A model generated the notes under the pieces. The model did not search any database. It worked only from the letters and a program-made list of their open reading frames with translations, and was not told the origin of the DNA. From NCBI RefSeq assembly GCF_030028105.1, contig NC_092393.1, positions 55,493,121-55,557,120 on the forward strand: 64,000 bases of DNA, given 5' to 3'. This DNA comes from Mobula birostris. Its lineage: Eukaryota. Shown one piece after another: positions 1 through 11,400 of this stretch. Positions within the stretch are counted from its first letter, which is position 1. Every line of letters starts with the position of its first letter. The translations under genes and the position numbers were made by a program.

Positions 1-110
1 CTATGGCGTCATCGCCGCCGCATCCCGCGCGCGCCCGAGAGAGACTTCCGTCAGCTGAGGAGGTGAGAGCAGAGGTGGAGGCGGGAAAGGAGGTGAGGGT
101 CGTGGCGGGT
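1..110. promoter_or_regulatory. Edge of a CpG-island promoter, probably of the next minus-strand gene (MCRIP1 by human synteny)
   Basis: Dense CpG (cccgcgcgcgcccg), ETS-type ACTTCCG at 44-50, CGTCA half-CRE sites at 7-11 and 49-53, ATGGCG YY1-like core at 3-8. Gene identity is inferred only from the human MCRIP1-PPP1R27-P4HB order. Confidence 0.5.
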
Positions 111-322
111 ATGACATGAGGAAATTGATGAGGATAGGGAAAGGCATAAGATGAGGGGTGGGAATGAGGATAGGAGAGGAGGGTGCAGGACATGAGGGGT
201 GGGAATGAGGGGATAGATGGGGAGGGGATGGCATCAGATGAGAGGTGAGAATAGAGGGCTGGATGATAAGCGGGGAGAGGATGAGGGAGTAGGAATGAGG
301 AAGTGTGGGGATATGAGAAGGG
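56..322 (+). repeat. Purine-rich low-complexity tract (GAGG/GATGAG-rich)
   Basis: Plus strand is strongly G/A-biased with repeated gatgagggg-type motifs. Confidence 0.8.
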
Positions 323-323
323 A

Positions 324-990
324 ATTCAGAATCAGGTTTAATATCACTGGCATATGTCGTGAAATTTGTTTTGCAGTAGCAGTACACTGCAATAAAAAAC
401 TATAAATTACATTAGTGTCCTTGAGCAAGGCACTTAACCACATATTGCTCTGCAACGACACTGGTGCCAAGCTGTATCGGCCCTCGTGCCCTTCCCTTGG
501 ACAACATCGGTGGCATGGAGAGGGGAGACTTGCAGCATGGGCAACTGCCGGTCTTCCATACAACCTTGCCCAGGCCTGCGCCCTGGAGACCTTCCAAGGT
601 GTAAATCCATGGTCTCACGAGACTAACGGATGCATATAAAAATTACAATATATATACAGTATATAAAAATTTAATTACATAAGTAGTGCTAAAAGAAAGC
701 AAAAAAAAGGCGAGGTTGTGTAACATAGATACATTGTCCATTCAGAAATCTGATGGCAGAGGAGAGGAAGCTGTTCCTAAAACATTGAATGTGTGTCTTC
801 AGGCTCCTGTACCTCCTCATTGATGGTAGCAATGAGAAGAGGGCATGTCCTGGTTGATGGGTTCTTGGATGATGGATGCTGCCTTTGTGAGATCGTCTGG
901 ATGCCGGGGAGGCTGGCGCCCATGGCTGAGTTTGCAGCTTTCCGCAGCTTTTTCCAATCCTGTGCAGTGACCCCTCCATATCAGATGGCG
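324..990 (-). mobile_element. Rex1/Babar-type LINE 3' fragment, interrupted by a SINE at 415-636
   Basis: Reverse complement of the AAACCTGATTCTGA tail seen at the end of the 9682-11400 element; minus ORF has HALFSLLPS..RYRSLKTH..RNSF, matching that element's C-terminus. Confidence 0.75.
415..636 (+). mobile_element. 5'-truncated CORE-type SINE (same family as 21214-21533)
   Basis: gtgtccttgagcaaggcacttaacc CORE-like motif; colinear with the full-length copy at 21214. Confidence 0.75.
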
Positions 991-1002
991 ATAGAATCAT
1001 TG

Positions 1003-2270
1003 TGGACTTCAGGAAGGTGCAGATGAACCACCCCCCTCTGCGAATACGTGGCTTCTCTGTAGAGAGAGTTAAGTGCACCAAATTCCTGGGAGTCATGTCA
1101 CAGATGACCTCCTCTGGTCCTTTAATATCACTTCCCTCAGCAAGAAGGCACAGCAGTACCTCCACTTCCTAAGGAGATTGAGGAAAGTGAGGCTACCCCC
1201 CCCCCCATCTTATCTACATTTTATAGGAGCACCATTGAAAGTGTACTGACAAGATGGTTCTCCAGCTGGTATAGGAGCAGCCAAGCATTGGACCAGAAGT
1301 CCCTACAAAGGACAGTGAGAATGGATGAGAGGATCAGAGGGGTCTCCCTACCATCCATTGGGGACATTTATCAGGAGTGCTGTGTATGCAGGGCACTTCG
1401 TATTACTAAGGATTCCTCCCAGTCATCCAGCTTTGTCTTTCTACCATCAGGCAGGAGACTCTGAAGCATAAAGACAAGAGCAGTCAGGATGGGAAGCAAT
1501 CTCTTCCATCAGGCCTTCAGGCTTCTGGACTCCCTGCCACATCGCATTCAAAGTTTCACTGGCGAATCTGTTCTGTACCTTACAATATTTAATTTATGCA
1601 CCTTAGTTTGTTTCATCCTTACTTTCATAAGTTATTATATGTTATGTGTACTACAGTGCTTTACCCCTGGTTTGGAGAAATGTCTCATTTGACGGAATAC
1701 ATGTATATAGTTAAACGACAATGGAGAGCATCCTAACAAGCCACATCACTGCTTGGTACGGAAACTGCCCCGCAGCAGACAAGAAGGCTCCCTCAACGGG
1801 TAGTCAAAAATGCCCAACACAACACCGGCACCTGCCTACCTGCCATCAAGGACATATATACCGAAAGGTGCTGGAAGAGGGCTCGTAACATCATGAAGGA
1901 TCTCACATACCCTGCTCAAGGACTGTTTGTCCCACTCTCATCAGAGAGGAGGCTATGTAGCTCTGACACCAGGACCACCAGACTCAAAAACAGTCACCTT
2001 GCCCAAGCAGTAAGACTAATCAACACCTTCACCCACTAACGCCACCACTACTTTATTATTTGCCATTATGTGCAGTCTAGAATCACTTTACGGACATACA
2101 ATCAACGTACATGAGCTATCTTACCAATTTATGTTTATGGTTTGTTTAATTATTATTATTGTGTTCTTTATCTTCTGTGGGGGGGCGGTTCGTGCTGCAG
2201 TGGATCCAGAGAAACAACGATTTCATTCTCCTTACACGTCTGTTCAGGAAGTAACATTAAGCAGGCTTGA
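1003..2270 (+). mobile_element. Two abutting Rex1/Babar-like LINE 3' fragments
   Basis: Degenerate VDFR..KFLG and ESILT..ITAWYG coding remnants, each followed by an AT-rich 3'UTR; junction at ~1720. Confidence 0.7.
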
Positions 2271-2504
2271 ATCAAGTCCCCTCTCATTCTTCTAAACTCC
2301 AGTGCATACTAGTCTGTCCAACATTCCTTCCTAAGACAAACCACCCATTCCAGGTAATAGATTTGCATGTATTCTCAGATCTAATTTCAACATATTAACA
2401 TACTTCCTTAAAATAACCTAAGAGTAAAATTTATGCACAGTACTCCGAAAGTAGCCTCGCAAATGCCCTGTATAACTGATGCACAACCTCTCTACTGTTG
2501 CGTT

Positions 2505-2795
2505 ACGATACGGCACAGTTAGCACGCCGCTTTGCAGCGCCGGCAATTAGGAGTCAATTCCTGACTTTGTACTGTTTCTCAGTGACTGCGTGCGTTTCCT
2601 CCAAGAGCTACTGGGTTCCTCCCACAATCCAAAAGCGTGGGGGGTCAGGGTTAGTAAGTTTTTGGCAGGGTGTGTTGGCACCAGAAGCCTGGTGACACTT
2701 GCGGGTTGCCCCAGCACGTCCTCGGAATGTGTTGGCCATTGATTTAAAGGGTGCAGTTCACTGTTTGTTTCAATGTACGTGTGAGAAATAAAACT
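2505..2795 (+). mobile_element. V-SINE (HE1-like). Further copies at about 5470-5740, 23640-23895(-), 24885-25150(-), 27600-27730(-), 31560-31805, 40455-40630, 52960-53220, 58090-58380, 60540-60790, 62400-62665
   Basis: Degenerate versions of the V-domain GTGGGTTTCCTCCGGGTGCTCCGGTTTCCTCCCACA.TCCAAAGA after a tRNA-like head; recurs throughout the window. Confidence 0.7.
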
Positions 2796-3000
2796 ATTCT
2801 TTTAAAATTCCCCTTGCAGGAAAGTAACATGTGCTTGCTTTCCTATTTATATGTTGTGCCTAGCCAGGCCTTTTGGGAATTGCGCACTCCAGCACACATA
2901 TCCTCTGCATCTCAGAGCCTGCAATCTCTCCCCACTGAGGTAAGTTTTTCAAATAACACACACAAAATTCTGGAGGAACCCAGCAGGCCAGGCAGCATCT

Positions 3001-4453
3001 ATGGTGGCTAATGTAATCCCGCTTTTTAAAAAAGGAGGGAGAGAGAAACCGGGGAATTATAGACTGGTAAGCCTGACATCGGTGGTGGGGAAAATGCTAG
3101 AGTCGGTTATCAAAGATGTGATAACAGCACATTTGGAAAGCAGTGAAATCATCGGACAAAGTCAGCATGGAGTTGTGAAAGGAAAATCATGTCTGACGAA
3201 TCTCATAGAATTTTTTGAGGATGTAGCTAGTAGAGTGGATAGGGGAGAACCAGTGGATGTGGTATATTTGGATTTTCAAAAGGCTTTTGACAAGGTCCCA
3301 CACAGGAAATTAGTGTGCAAACTTAAAGCACACGGTATTGAGGGTATGGTATTGATGTGGATAGAGAATTGGTTGGCAGACAAGAAGCAAAGAGTGGGAA
3401 TAAACGGGACCTTTTCAGAATGTCAGGCAGTGACTAGTGGGGTACCGCAAGGCTCAGTGCTGGGACCCCAGTTGTTTACAATATATATTAATGACTTAGA
3501 CGAGGGAATTAAATGCAGCATCTCCAAGTTTGCGGATGACACGAAGCTGGGCGGCAGTGTTAGCTGTGAGGAGGATGCTAAGAGGATGCAGAGTGACTTG
3601 GATAGGTTAGGTGAGTGGGCAAATTCATGGCAGATGCAATTTAATGTGGATAAATGTGAGGTTATCCACTTTGGTGGCAAGAACAGGAAAACAGATTATT
3701 ATCTGAATGGTGGCCAATTAGGAAAAGGGGAGGTGCAACGAGACCTGGGTGTCATTGTACACCAGTCATTGAAAGTGGGCATGCAGGTACAGCAGGCGGT
3801 GAAAAAGGCGAATGGTATGCTAGCATTTATAGCAAGAGGATTCGAGTACAGGAGCAGGGAGGCACTTCTGCTGTTGTACAAGGCCTTGGTGAGACCACAC
3901 TTGGAGTATTGTGTGCAGTTTTGGACCCCTAATCTGAGGAAAGACATTCTTACCATAGAGGGAGTATAAAGAAGGTTCACCAGATTGATTCCTGGGATGG
4001 CAGAACTTTCATATGATGAAAGACTGGATCGACTAGGCTTATACTCTCTGGAATTTAGAAGATTGAGGGGGGATCTGATTGAAATGTATAAAATTCTAAA
4101 GGGATTGGACAGGCTAGATGCAGGAAGATTGTTCCCGAAGTTGGGGAAGTCCAGAACGAGGGGGTCACAGTTTGAGGATAAAGGGGAAGCCTTTTAGGAC
4201 TGAGATGAGGAAAAACTTCTTCACACAGAGAGTGGTGAATCTGTGGAATTCTCTGCCACAGGAAACAGTTGAGGCCAGTTCATTGGCTATATTTAAGAGG
4301 GAGTTAGATATGGCCCTTGTGGCTAAAGGGATCAGGGGGTATGGAGAGAGGGCAGGTACAGGGTTGGATGATCAGCCATGATCATACTGAATGGCAGTGC
4401 AGGCTTGAAAGGCCGAATGGCCTACTCTTGCACCTATTTTCTATGTTTCTATG
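3001..4453 (+). mobile_element. Young 5'-truncated CR1 LINE, ORF2 reverse transcriptase (premature stop at 3967-3969)
   Basis: 322-aa ORF with [50 protein letters not shown]; 3' tail TTCTATGTTTCTATG. Confidence 0.95.
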
Positions 4454-4499
4454 ATACTTCAATAAAAATCGGTAAGATTCGAAGGAGATATGCTGAATT

Positions 4500-5040
4500 C
4501 CTTTAGCCTCCCGATGGAGTAGAGGCCTTGGTGAGCTTTCTTGGCTGAGACGTCAATGTGCTTGGACCAGGGCAGACTATTGTTGATATCCACAGCCAAA
4601 AACTTGAAGCTCTCCGCCCTCTGAACTCCAACCCCATTGATGCAGACAGGAGCACGTGCACCACCTCCCTTTCTGAAGTGAGTGTTTCATTGCCATTGAG
4701 GGAAAAGTTGTTGTCATGACACCGTGTCACATGACTCTCTATCCCTTTCCTGTACTCTGGCTGGTCGTTATTTGAGATGCGGCCCACCAGGGTGGATTCA
4801 TCAGCAAACCTGCAGATGGAGTGACAGCAGTATCCGACCACCCAGGGAGTGTACAGGGAGTAGAGCAGGGTGCTGAGGATGCAACATTGTGGAGCACCAG
4901 TGTTTAGAATAATCATGCTGGAGGCGTTTCCGCCATCATTACTAATTATTAATCACAGTCTGTTGGTCAGGAAGTCGAGGGTCCAATTGCAGTGGACGGT
5001 GTTAGCTCCCAGGGCCCAGAGTCTGGTGATGAATTTGCTA
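4500..5040 (-). mobile_element. Rex1/Babar LINE RT fragment
   Basis: Minus ORF NTGAPQCCILSTLLYSLYT...RFADESTLVGRIS. Confidence 0.8.
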
Positions 5041-5954
5041 TGTAACTTCGGGAACAGTAGTTACTACTGAATCTTTGTGAATTGACATTCCATCATTAGC
5101 GTAAAGTCAGTTAAAACTCCTGAGGCAAACTCCTAATTTATGATAGCACAGATATATAATCCACACTTTGCTAATTTCATATTTATACTGCAAGGATTGT
5201 ACTAGTTACCTGTAAGTGGTCACATACTGACACCAAAGGCCATCCAGGATTACTCTCTTTGCTGAGAAGGAGGATGAGCGGTGATTTTCTAGAGGTGTAC
5301 AAGATGATAACTGGCATGGATCAAATGGACAGCCTGAGACCTTTTTCCCAGGGCGGGGATGGCTAATACAGAGGCATAACTGCGAGGTGTTTGGAGGAAA
5401 GTATGGGGGGGCGGGGTGCATTTGCTTCAACGTTCCAAAGAAGTGCTGGGAGGTTAATTGCTCATGGTGTGGTGGTTATCACATTGCCAGCATTTACTGA
5501 TCAGGGCTCAATTCCCGCTGATGTCCGCACGGAGTTTGCATGGTCTCCCCATGACCACGTGGGTTTCCTCCGACATTCCAAAGATGTACGGTTGGGGTTA
5601 GAGAGCTCTGGGCATGCTATGTTGGCACCAGAAGCTCGGCGACACTTGCCGGCTGCCCAGTACAATCCTCAGTGATTTGGTTTGATGCAAATGCCACCGT
5701 TCGCTGTGTTTATCTATGTACTGTACATGCGACAAGTAAAGCAAGTTATAATCTCTTGGTGGCGGGGAATCAGGTAGGGTAGAGAGGGTGGGAATATGAG
5801 AGAGACTACAGGGAGAGTGGGTGAGTGGGAAGAATCATTAGAGAATCAATAGCCAAGTCACCTTCTAGATCATAAGAAAATATGAATATATAAGATTGTT
5901 AGGCTGATGGCAAACAGAGTAGGCATATTTGGCTTACTTTCAAATCTCTTACTG

Positions 5955-6100
5955 GCTCTTCCTTCAGTTAGTCCTGACGAAGGGTCTCAGCCTGAAACGT
6001 GGACTGTACCTCTTCCTAGAGATGCTGCCTGGCCTGCTGCATTCACCAGCAACTTGGATGTGTGTTGCTTGAATTTCCAGCATCTGCAGAATTCCTCGTG
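5955..6100 (+). mobile_element. Penelope pLTR-derived repeat with hammerhead motif (cleavage triplet mutated to GTG)
   Basis: AGTC-CTGACGA-AGGGTCTCAGCCT-GAAAC-GTG-GACT at 5970-6005, followed by the family tail gatgctgcctggcctgctg...ccagcatctgcagaatt. Confidence 0.75.
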
Positions 6101-6519
6101 TAGGCATATTTTGGTCTTTTTCCTGATGTAATAAGTGGTGTGTCAGATTGACGCCAGGGCCTCAAATAGTTACATAAATGAGCAACACACACGAAATGTT
6201 GAAGGAACTCAGCAAGTCAGGCAGCATCAATGGAGAGGAATAAACAGTTGACAATTCTGGACAAGACCCTTCATCAGGACTGGGGGAGGAAGCCAGAATA
6301 AGAAGGTGGGGTTAAATGACATGGACGAGGGCACCCAAGTGTTGTCTACTAAATATACTGACACTACAGAGAACTAAGTTGTGAGGTGCTAACAGCAAAG
6401 GTATTTACTGTAGATAAGTTACATGAGTACACAAAGATCTGATAAACGGAGCTTCACGTGGGAAATGGTGGAATTGTTTATTGGGCAGGGGAAAAATGCG
6501 GAAAAAAAAAACTTGCCCA

Positions 6520-6705
6520 ATCACAAGCAGAAGAAATTCTGCAGATGCTAGGAATCCAAGGCAACACACACACAAAATGCTGGAGGAACTCAGCAGGCCA
6601 GGCAGCTTCAATGGAAAAGAGTACAGTCAATGTTTCGGGTCGAGACGCTTCATCAGGAACCTGGTGAAGGGTTGTGCCTGAAATGTCAACTGTACTCTTT
6701 TCATA
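6520..6705. mobile_element. Penelope pLTR-derived inverted-repeat element
   Basis: acacacaaaatgctggaggaactcagcagg...gtttcgggtcgagacgcttcatcagg followed by a partial inverted arm that is cut by a CR1 tail. Confidence 0.7.
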
Positions 6706-7182
6706 GAAACACAGAAAATAGGTGCAGGAGTAGGCCATTCAGCCTTTCGAGCCTGCACCGCCATTCAGTACGATCATGGCTGATCATCCAACTCAGAACC
6801 CTGTACCTGCCTTCTCCCCATACCCCCTGATCCCTTCAGCCACAAGGGCCATATCTAACTCCCTCTTAAATATAGCCAATGAACTGGCCTCAACTGTTTC
6901 CTGTGGCAGAGAATTCCACAGATTCACCACTCTCTGTGAAGAAGCTTTTCCTAAAAGAATCTTCTAAATTCCAGCGAGTATAAGCCTAGTCGATCCAGTC
7001 TTTCATCATATGAAAGTCCTACCATCCCAGGAATCAATCTGGTGAACCTTCTTTGTACTCCCTCTATGGCAAGAATGTCTTTCCTCAGATTAGGGGACCA
7101 AAACTACACACAATACTCCAGATGTGGTCTCACCAAGGCCTTGTACAACTGCAGTAGTACTTCCCTGTTCCTGTACTCGAAA
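6702..7182 (-). mobile_element. Young CR1 3' fragment with an internal deletion (same family as 3001-4453)
   Basis: Reverse complement of the CR1 3'UTR and FEYRNREVLLQLYKALVRPHLEYCV. Confidence 0.9.
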
Positions 7183-7639
7183 GCATTCCGTTTGGATGAG
7201 TAACTGCTCTGCATGAGACCGCAAGAAGCTGGTGAGTTGTGCTCACAGCTCAGCGCATCACAGCAACCAGCCTCCCCTCTGTGGGACACTTCTCGCTTCC
7301 TCAGTAAAGCAGCCAACATAATCAAATACCCCACCCACCCTGAACTCTCTCTCTTCTCCACTCTCCCCTCTCCCATCAAGTGGAAGATACAAAAGCCTGA
7401 AAGCTCGTCCCACCAGGCTCAAGGCCAGCTTCCATGACACCGTTATCAGACTGTTCAACTGACCTCTTGTGTGATAAGATGGACTCTTGCTCTCACAGTC
7501 TACCTCAATATGATCTTACACTGTATTATCCACCTGCACCGCACTTTCACTGTAGCTGTAACGCTTTATTCTGCATTCTATTATTATCTTATTTTGTTCT
7601 ACCTCAATATACTGTAATGAATTGATCTGATAAACAGCT

Positions 7640-8017
7640 GAGATGGTGTGGTGGAGATGCGTCTCTACCAAAGGAGGTGTAAGGTGCTCCTGCCCTCCAG
7701 TAGCCTGCAGGTCACCCTTGGACAAGGTGTAGCACCTGCTTAGCACCCCAGTTGGGGTCATATGAAGCCATGGGAGCAGGTGATGGATGGTCATATGAGC
7801 AGCTGGTACATATCACAAGTCCCGGTTATGCGACCACTGACACCAGGAAGACAGTCGTTGAAGAGTATTGATAATGGCTGGGGTCGTCCATCTTGCAAAG
7901 ACACGCACCAGAAGAAGGTGATGGCAGTCCACTTCTCTAGAAAAATGTGCCAAGGATAATCATGGTCAAGACAATGATCACCCACATCATATGACACTGC
8001 ACATAATGATGATGATG
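7640..8017 (+). mobile_element. Non-autonomous RTE-related interspersed repeat; copies at ~41178-41505 and ~42940-43296
   Basis: Three colinear copies (ggtggagat..tctctaccaaag ... catggtca...cacataatgatgatg) ending in (ATG)n/(ATA)n tails; gaaggcaatg/gaaggtgatggcag..ccact segment resembles RTE-type 3' ends. Confidence 0.65.
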
Positions 8018-8323
8018 AATCAGTATGCAAGGCAAACTTTTCTCTGTCTCTTGGTACATGATAATAATAATAATCCATTCCAATGTCAATACTGAACTAT
8101 TCACCTGGATTATTGTGCTCAGCTGTCAAGAGTATGATTTGAACGCACAGTTTTAAGGGCTGTTCACCACTGATATATTGGCCTGTCACAGAAACTTCAA
8201 TTCCTATATATTCTGCAACTGTTTTATTCTGCATTTAGGGGGAAAAAAGTTTTGCCTTTGTGTGTGGATTGCATGAAAAATAAACAGTGGCCTAATCTGA
8301 AGTGGTATGGTTTGTTTAAAAAA

Positions 8324-8508
8324 GAGGAATTCTGCAGATGCTGGAAATTCAAGCAACACACATCAAAGTTGCTAGTGAATGCAGCAGGCCAGGCAGCATC
8401 TCTAGGAAGAGATGTTTCAGGCCGGGACCCTTCATCAGAAACGTCGACTGTACCTCTTCCTAGAGATGCTGCCTGGCCTGCTGCGTTCACCAGCAATTTT
8501 GATGTGTG
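8324..8508. mobile_element. Palindromic Penelope pLTR-derived element
   Basis: Arms cacacatcaaagttgctagtgaatgcagcaggccaggcagcatctctaggaagag / ctcttcctagagatgctgcctggcctgctgcgttcaccagcaattttgatgtgtg are reverse complements. Confidence 0.8.
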
Positions 8509-9681
8509 ATGGTGGTATGGTTATTGGTGTTTTGCTCTGCGCTGTCTCTGCACTTACAGCTCGCTCCCAGCAGGAGGAGCTCATCCTCTGTCTAATGTCC
8601 AGGGATTCTGCAATCTTTGCTGTCAGCTGTAGTTGTGGGTCTTCATGGAGCTGGGTCAGAGGACTGTTTCAGATACCTTTTTTTTCTAAAAATGGAGGGT
8701 ACAAGCAGACCTCTTCATTCATAGACTAGTGAGTGTTTACCTAGCATTTATGGAATCTGTTTTACAGCATCACAAAAGATTTTTAAAATCCTGTGAAGTA
8801 AAATTAAAGTTTCCGTTCTAAGCTAATTTTTTCGTTCAGGTGATTGAGACTAGAACTAGAGGCCATAAAGGCCCCTTTGCCTTTCTACCGTCAGGCAGGA
8901 GACTCCAATGCACGAAAACAAGAATGGTCAGGATGGGAAACGGCTTCTTCCCTCAGGCCATTAGGCTTCTCAACTCCTTGCCACGTTGAATTCAAAGTGT
9001 CGCTGGTTAATCTGTTCTGTACCTTGCAATATCTAATGTATGCACTTTAGTTAGTTTGTTTATTTATGTGTAATCTATCTGTAGATTTCATCCTTACTTT
9101 CATAAGTTATTATATATTATGTGTGTTATGTGTACTACAGTGCTTAATCCCCTGGTTTGGAGAAACGTCTCATTTGACAGAATACATGTATATAGTTAAA
9201 TGACAATGGAGAGCATCCTACCAAACCACATCACTGCTTGGTATGGAAACTGCCCTGCAGCAGATGGGGAGGCTCTCCAAGGGGTAGTCAAAGCTGGCCA
9301 ATGCAACACTGGCACCAGCCTGTCTGCCAACAAGGACATATTTACTGAAAGGTGCTGGAAAAGGGCCAGTAACATCATGAAGGATCTCACATACCCTGCT
9401 CAAGGACTGTTTGTCCCGCTCCCATCAGAGAGGAGGCTATGTAGCTTTCACACCAGGACCACCAGACTCAAAAATAGTAACTTTCCCCAAGCTTACTGGC
9501 TGATCGACAATGGCAGTCAGAATGAGAAGCAGTTTCTTCCCTCAGGCCATTAGTCTTCTGAACTCCCTGCTGCTTCGCGTTCAAAGTGTCACTGGTTAAT
9601 CTGTTCCAGTACAATAGTTAAAAATAATATAGCTTGTAATCTACATGTGATTCATCTGTAGATTTTATCCTTACCATCATA

Positions 9682-11400
9682 CTTCCTACAAAGCGAAACC
9701 CAGTAGCATGAATGGCAGCGATGATTCACTACCTGATGAACTCAACGCCTGCTATGCACACTTTGAAAGAGAGAATATAAGGATCTGTGAAGATCCCTGC
9801 TGCACCCGGTGACCCTGTGATCTCTGTCTCAGAGGCCGATGTTAGGCTGTCTTTAAAGAGGGTGAACCCTTGCAAGCTGGAAGGTCCTGATGGAGTACCT
9901 GGTAAGGCTCTGAAACTTGTGCCAACCAACTAGCGGGAGTATTCAAGGACATTTTTAACCTTTCTCTGCTACGGGCAGAAGATCCCACTTGCTTCAAAAG
10001 GCAACAATTATACCAGTGCCTAAGAAGAATAATGTGACCTGCCTTAATGACTATCGCCCAGTAGCACTCACATCAACAGTGATGAAATGCTTTGAGAGGT
10101 TGGTCATGACTAGACTGAACTCCTGTCTCAGCAAGGACCTGGACCCACTGCAATTTGCCTATCATCACAATAGGTCAATGGCAGGTGCAATCTCAATAGC
10201 TCTTCACCTGCACCACCTGGACAACACAAGCACCTACGTCTGGATGCTGTTCATCGACTATAGCTCAGCATTTAACACCATCATTCCCACAATCCTGACT
10301 GATAAGTTACAGAACCTGTGCCTCTGTACCTCCCTCTGCAATTGGATCCTTGACTTCTTAACCGGAAGACCACAATCTGTGCGGACTGGTGGTAATATCT
10401 CCTCCTTGCTGACGATCAACATTGGTGCACCTCGGGTGTGTGCTTAGCCCACTGCTGTACTCTCTATATACACATAACTGTGCGGCTAGGTATAGCTCAA
10501 GTACCATCTATAAATTGCTAATAATACAACCATCGTTGGTAGAATCTCAGATGGTGACGAGAGGGTGTACAGGTGCGAGATATACCAACTAGTGGAATGG
10601 TGCTGCAGCAACAACCTGGCACTCAACACCAGTAAGACGAAAGAGCTGATTGTGGACTTCAGGAAGGGTAAGATGAAGGAACACATACCAATCCTTATAG
10701 AGTGATCAGAAGTAGAACGAGTGAGCAGTTTCAAGTTCCTGGGTGTCTGAGGACCTAACCTGGTCCCAATATATCAATGCAGCTATAAAGAAGGCAAGAC
10801 AGTGACTATACTTCATTAGTTGTTTGAAGAGATTTGGGATGTCAACAAAAACACTCAAAAACTTCTACAGATGTACCATGGAGAGCATTCTGACAGGCTG
10901 CATCACTGTCTGATATGGGAGTGGGGGGTGGGGGGGGCTACTACACAGGACTAGAAGAAGCTGCAGAAGGTTGTAAATTTAGTCAGCTCCATCTTGGGTA
11001 CTAGCCTACAAAGTACCCAGGACATCTTTAAGGAGTGGTGTCTCAGAAAGGCAGAGTTCATTATTAAGGACCTCCTGCGCCCAGGGCATGCCCTTTTCTC
11101 ACTGTTACCATCAGGTAGCAGATACAGAAGCCTGAAGGCACACACTCAGTGATTCAGGAACAGCTTCTTCCCCTCTACCATCCGATTCCTAAATGAGCAT
11201 TGAACCCGTGAACACTACCTCACCTTTTTATCATATATTATTTCTGTTTTTGCATGATTTTTTAATCTATTCAATATACATATACTGTAAATGATTTATT
11301 TATTTTTTAATTCTATATTATGTATTGCATTGAACTGCTGCTGCTAAGTAAACAAATTTCACGACACATGCCGTTGATAATAAACCTGATTCTGATTCTG
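9682..11400 (+). mobile_element. Rex1/Babar LINE, 5'-truncated and frameshifted, nested in an older LINE 3'UTR
   Basis: [57 protein letters not shown]; tail AATAAACCTGATTCTGATTCTG; host sequence resumes at 11401. Confidence 0.9.

Noticed and set aside
1-387. 128-aa proline-rich minus ORF
   Set aside because: Product of a low-complexity tract plus a LINE tail.
3001-3969. Retron, DGR or group II intron reverse transcriptase
   Set aside because: Motifs (FADDTKL, LVRPHLEYCVQFW) and the TTCTATG tail are those of a CR1 LINE.
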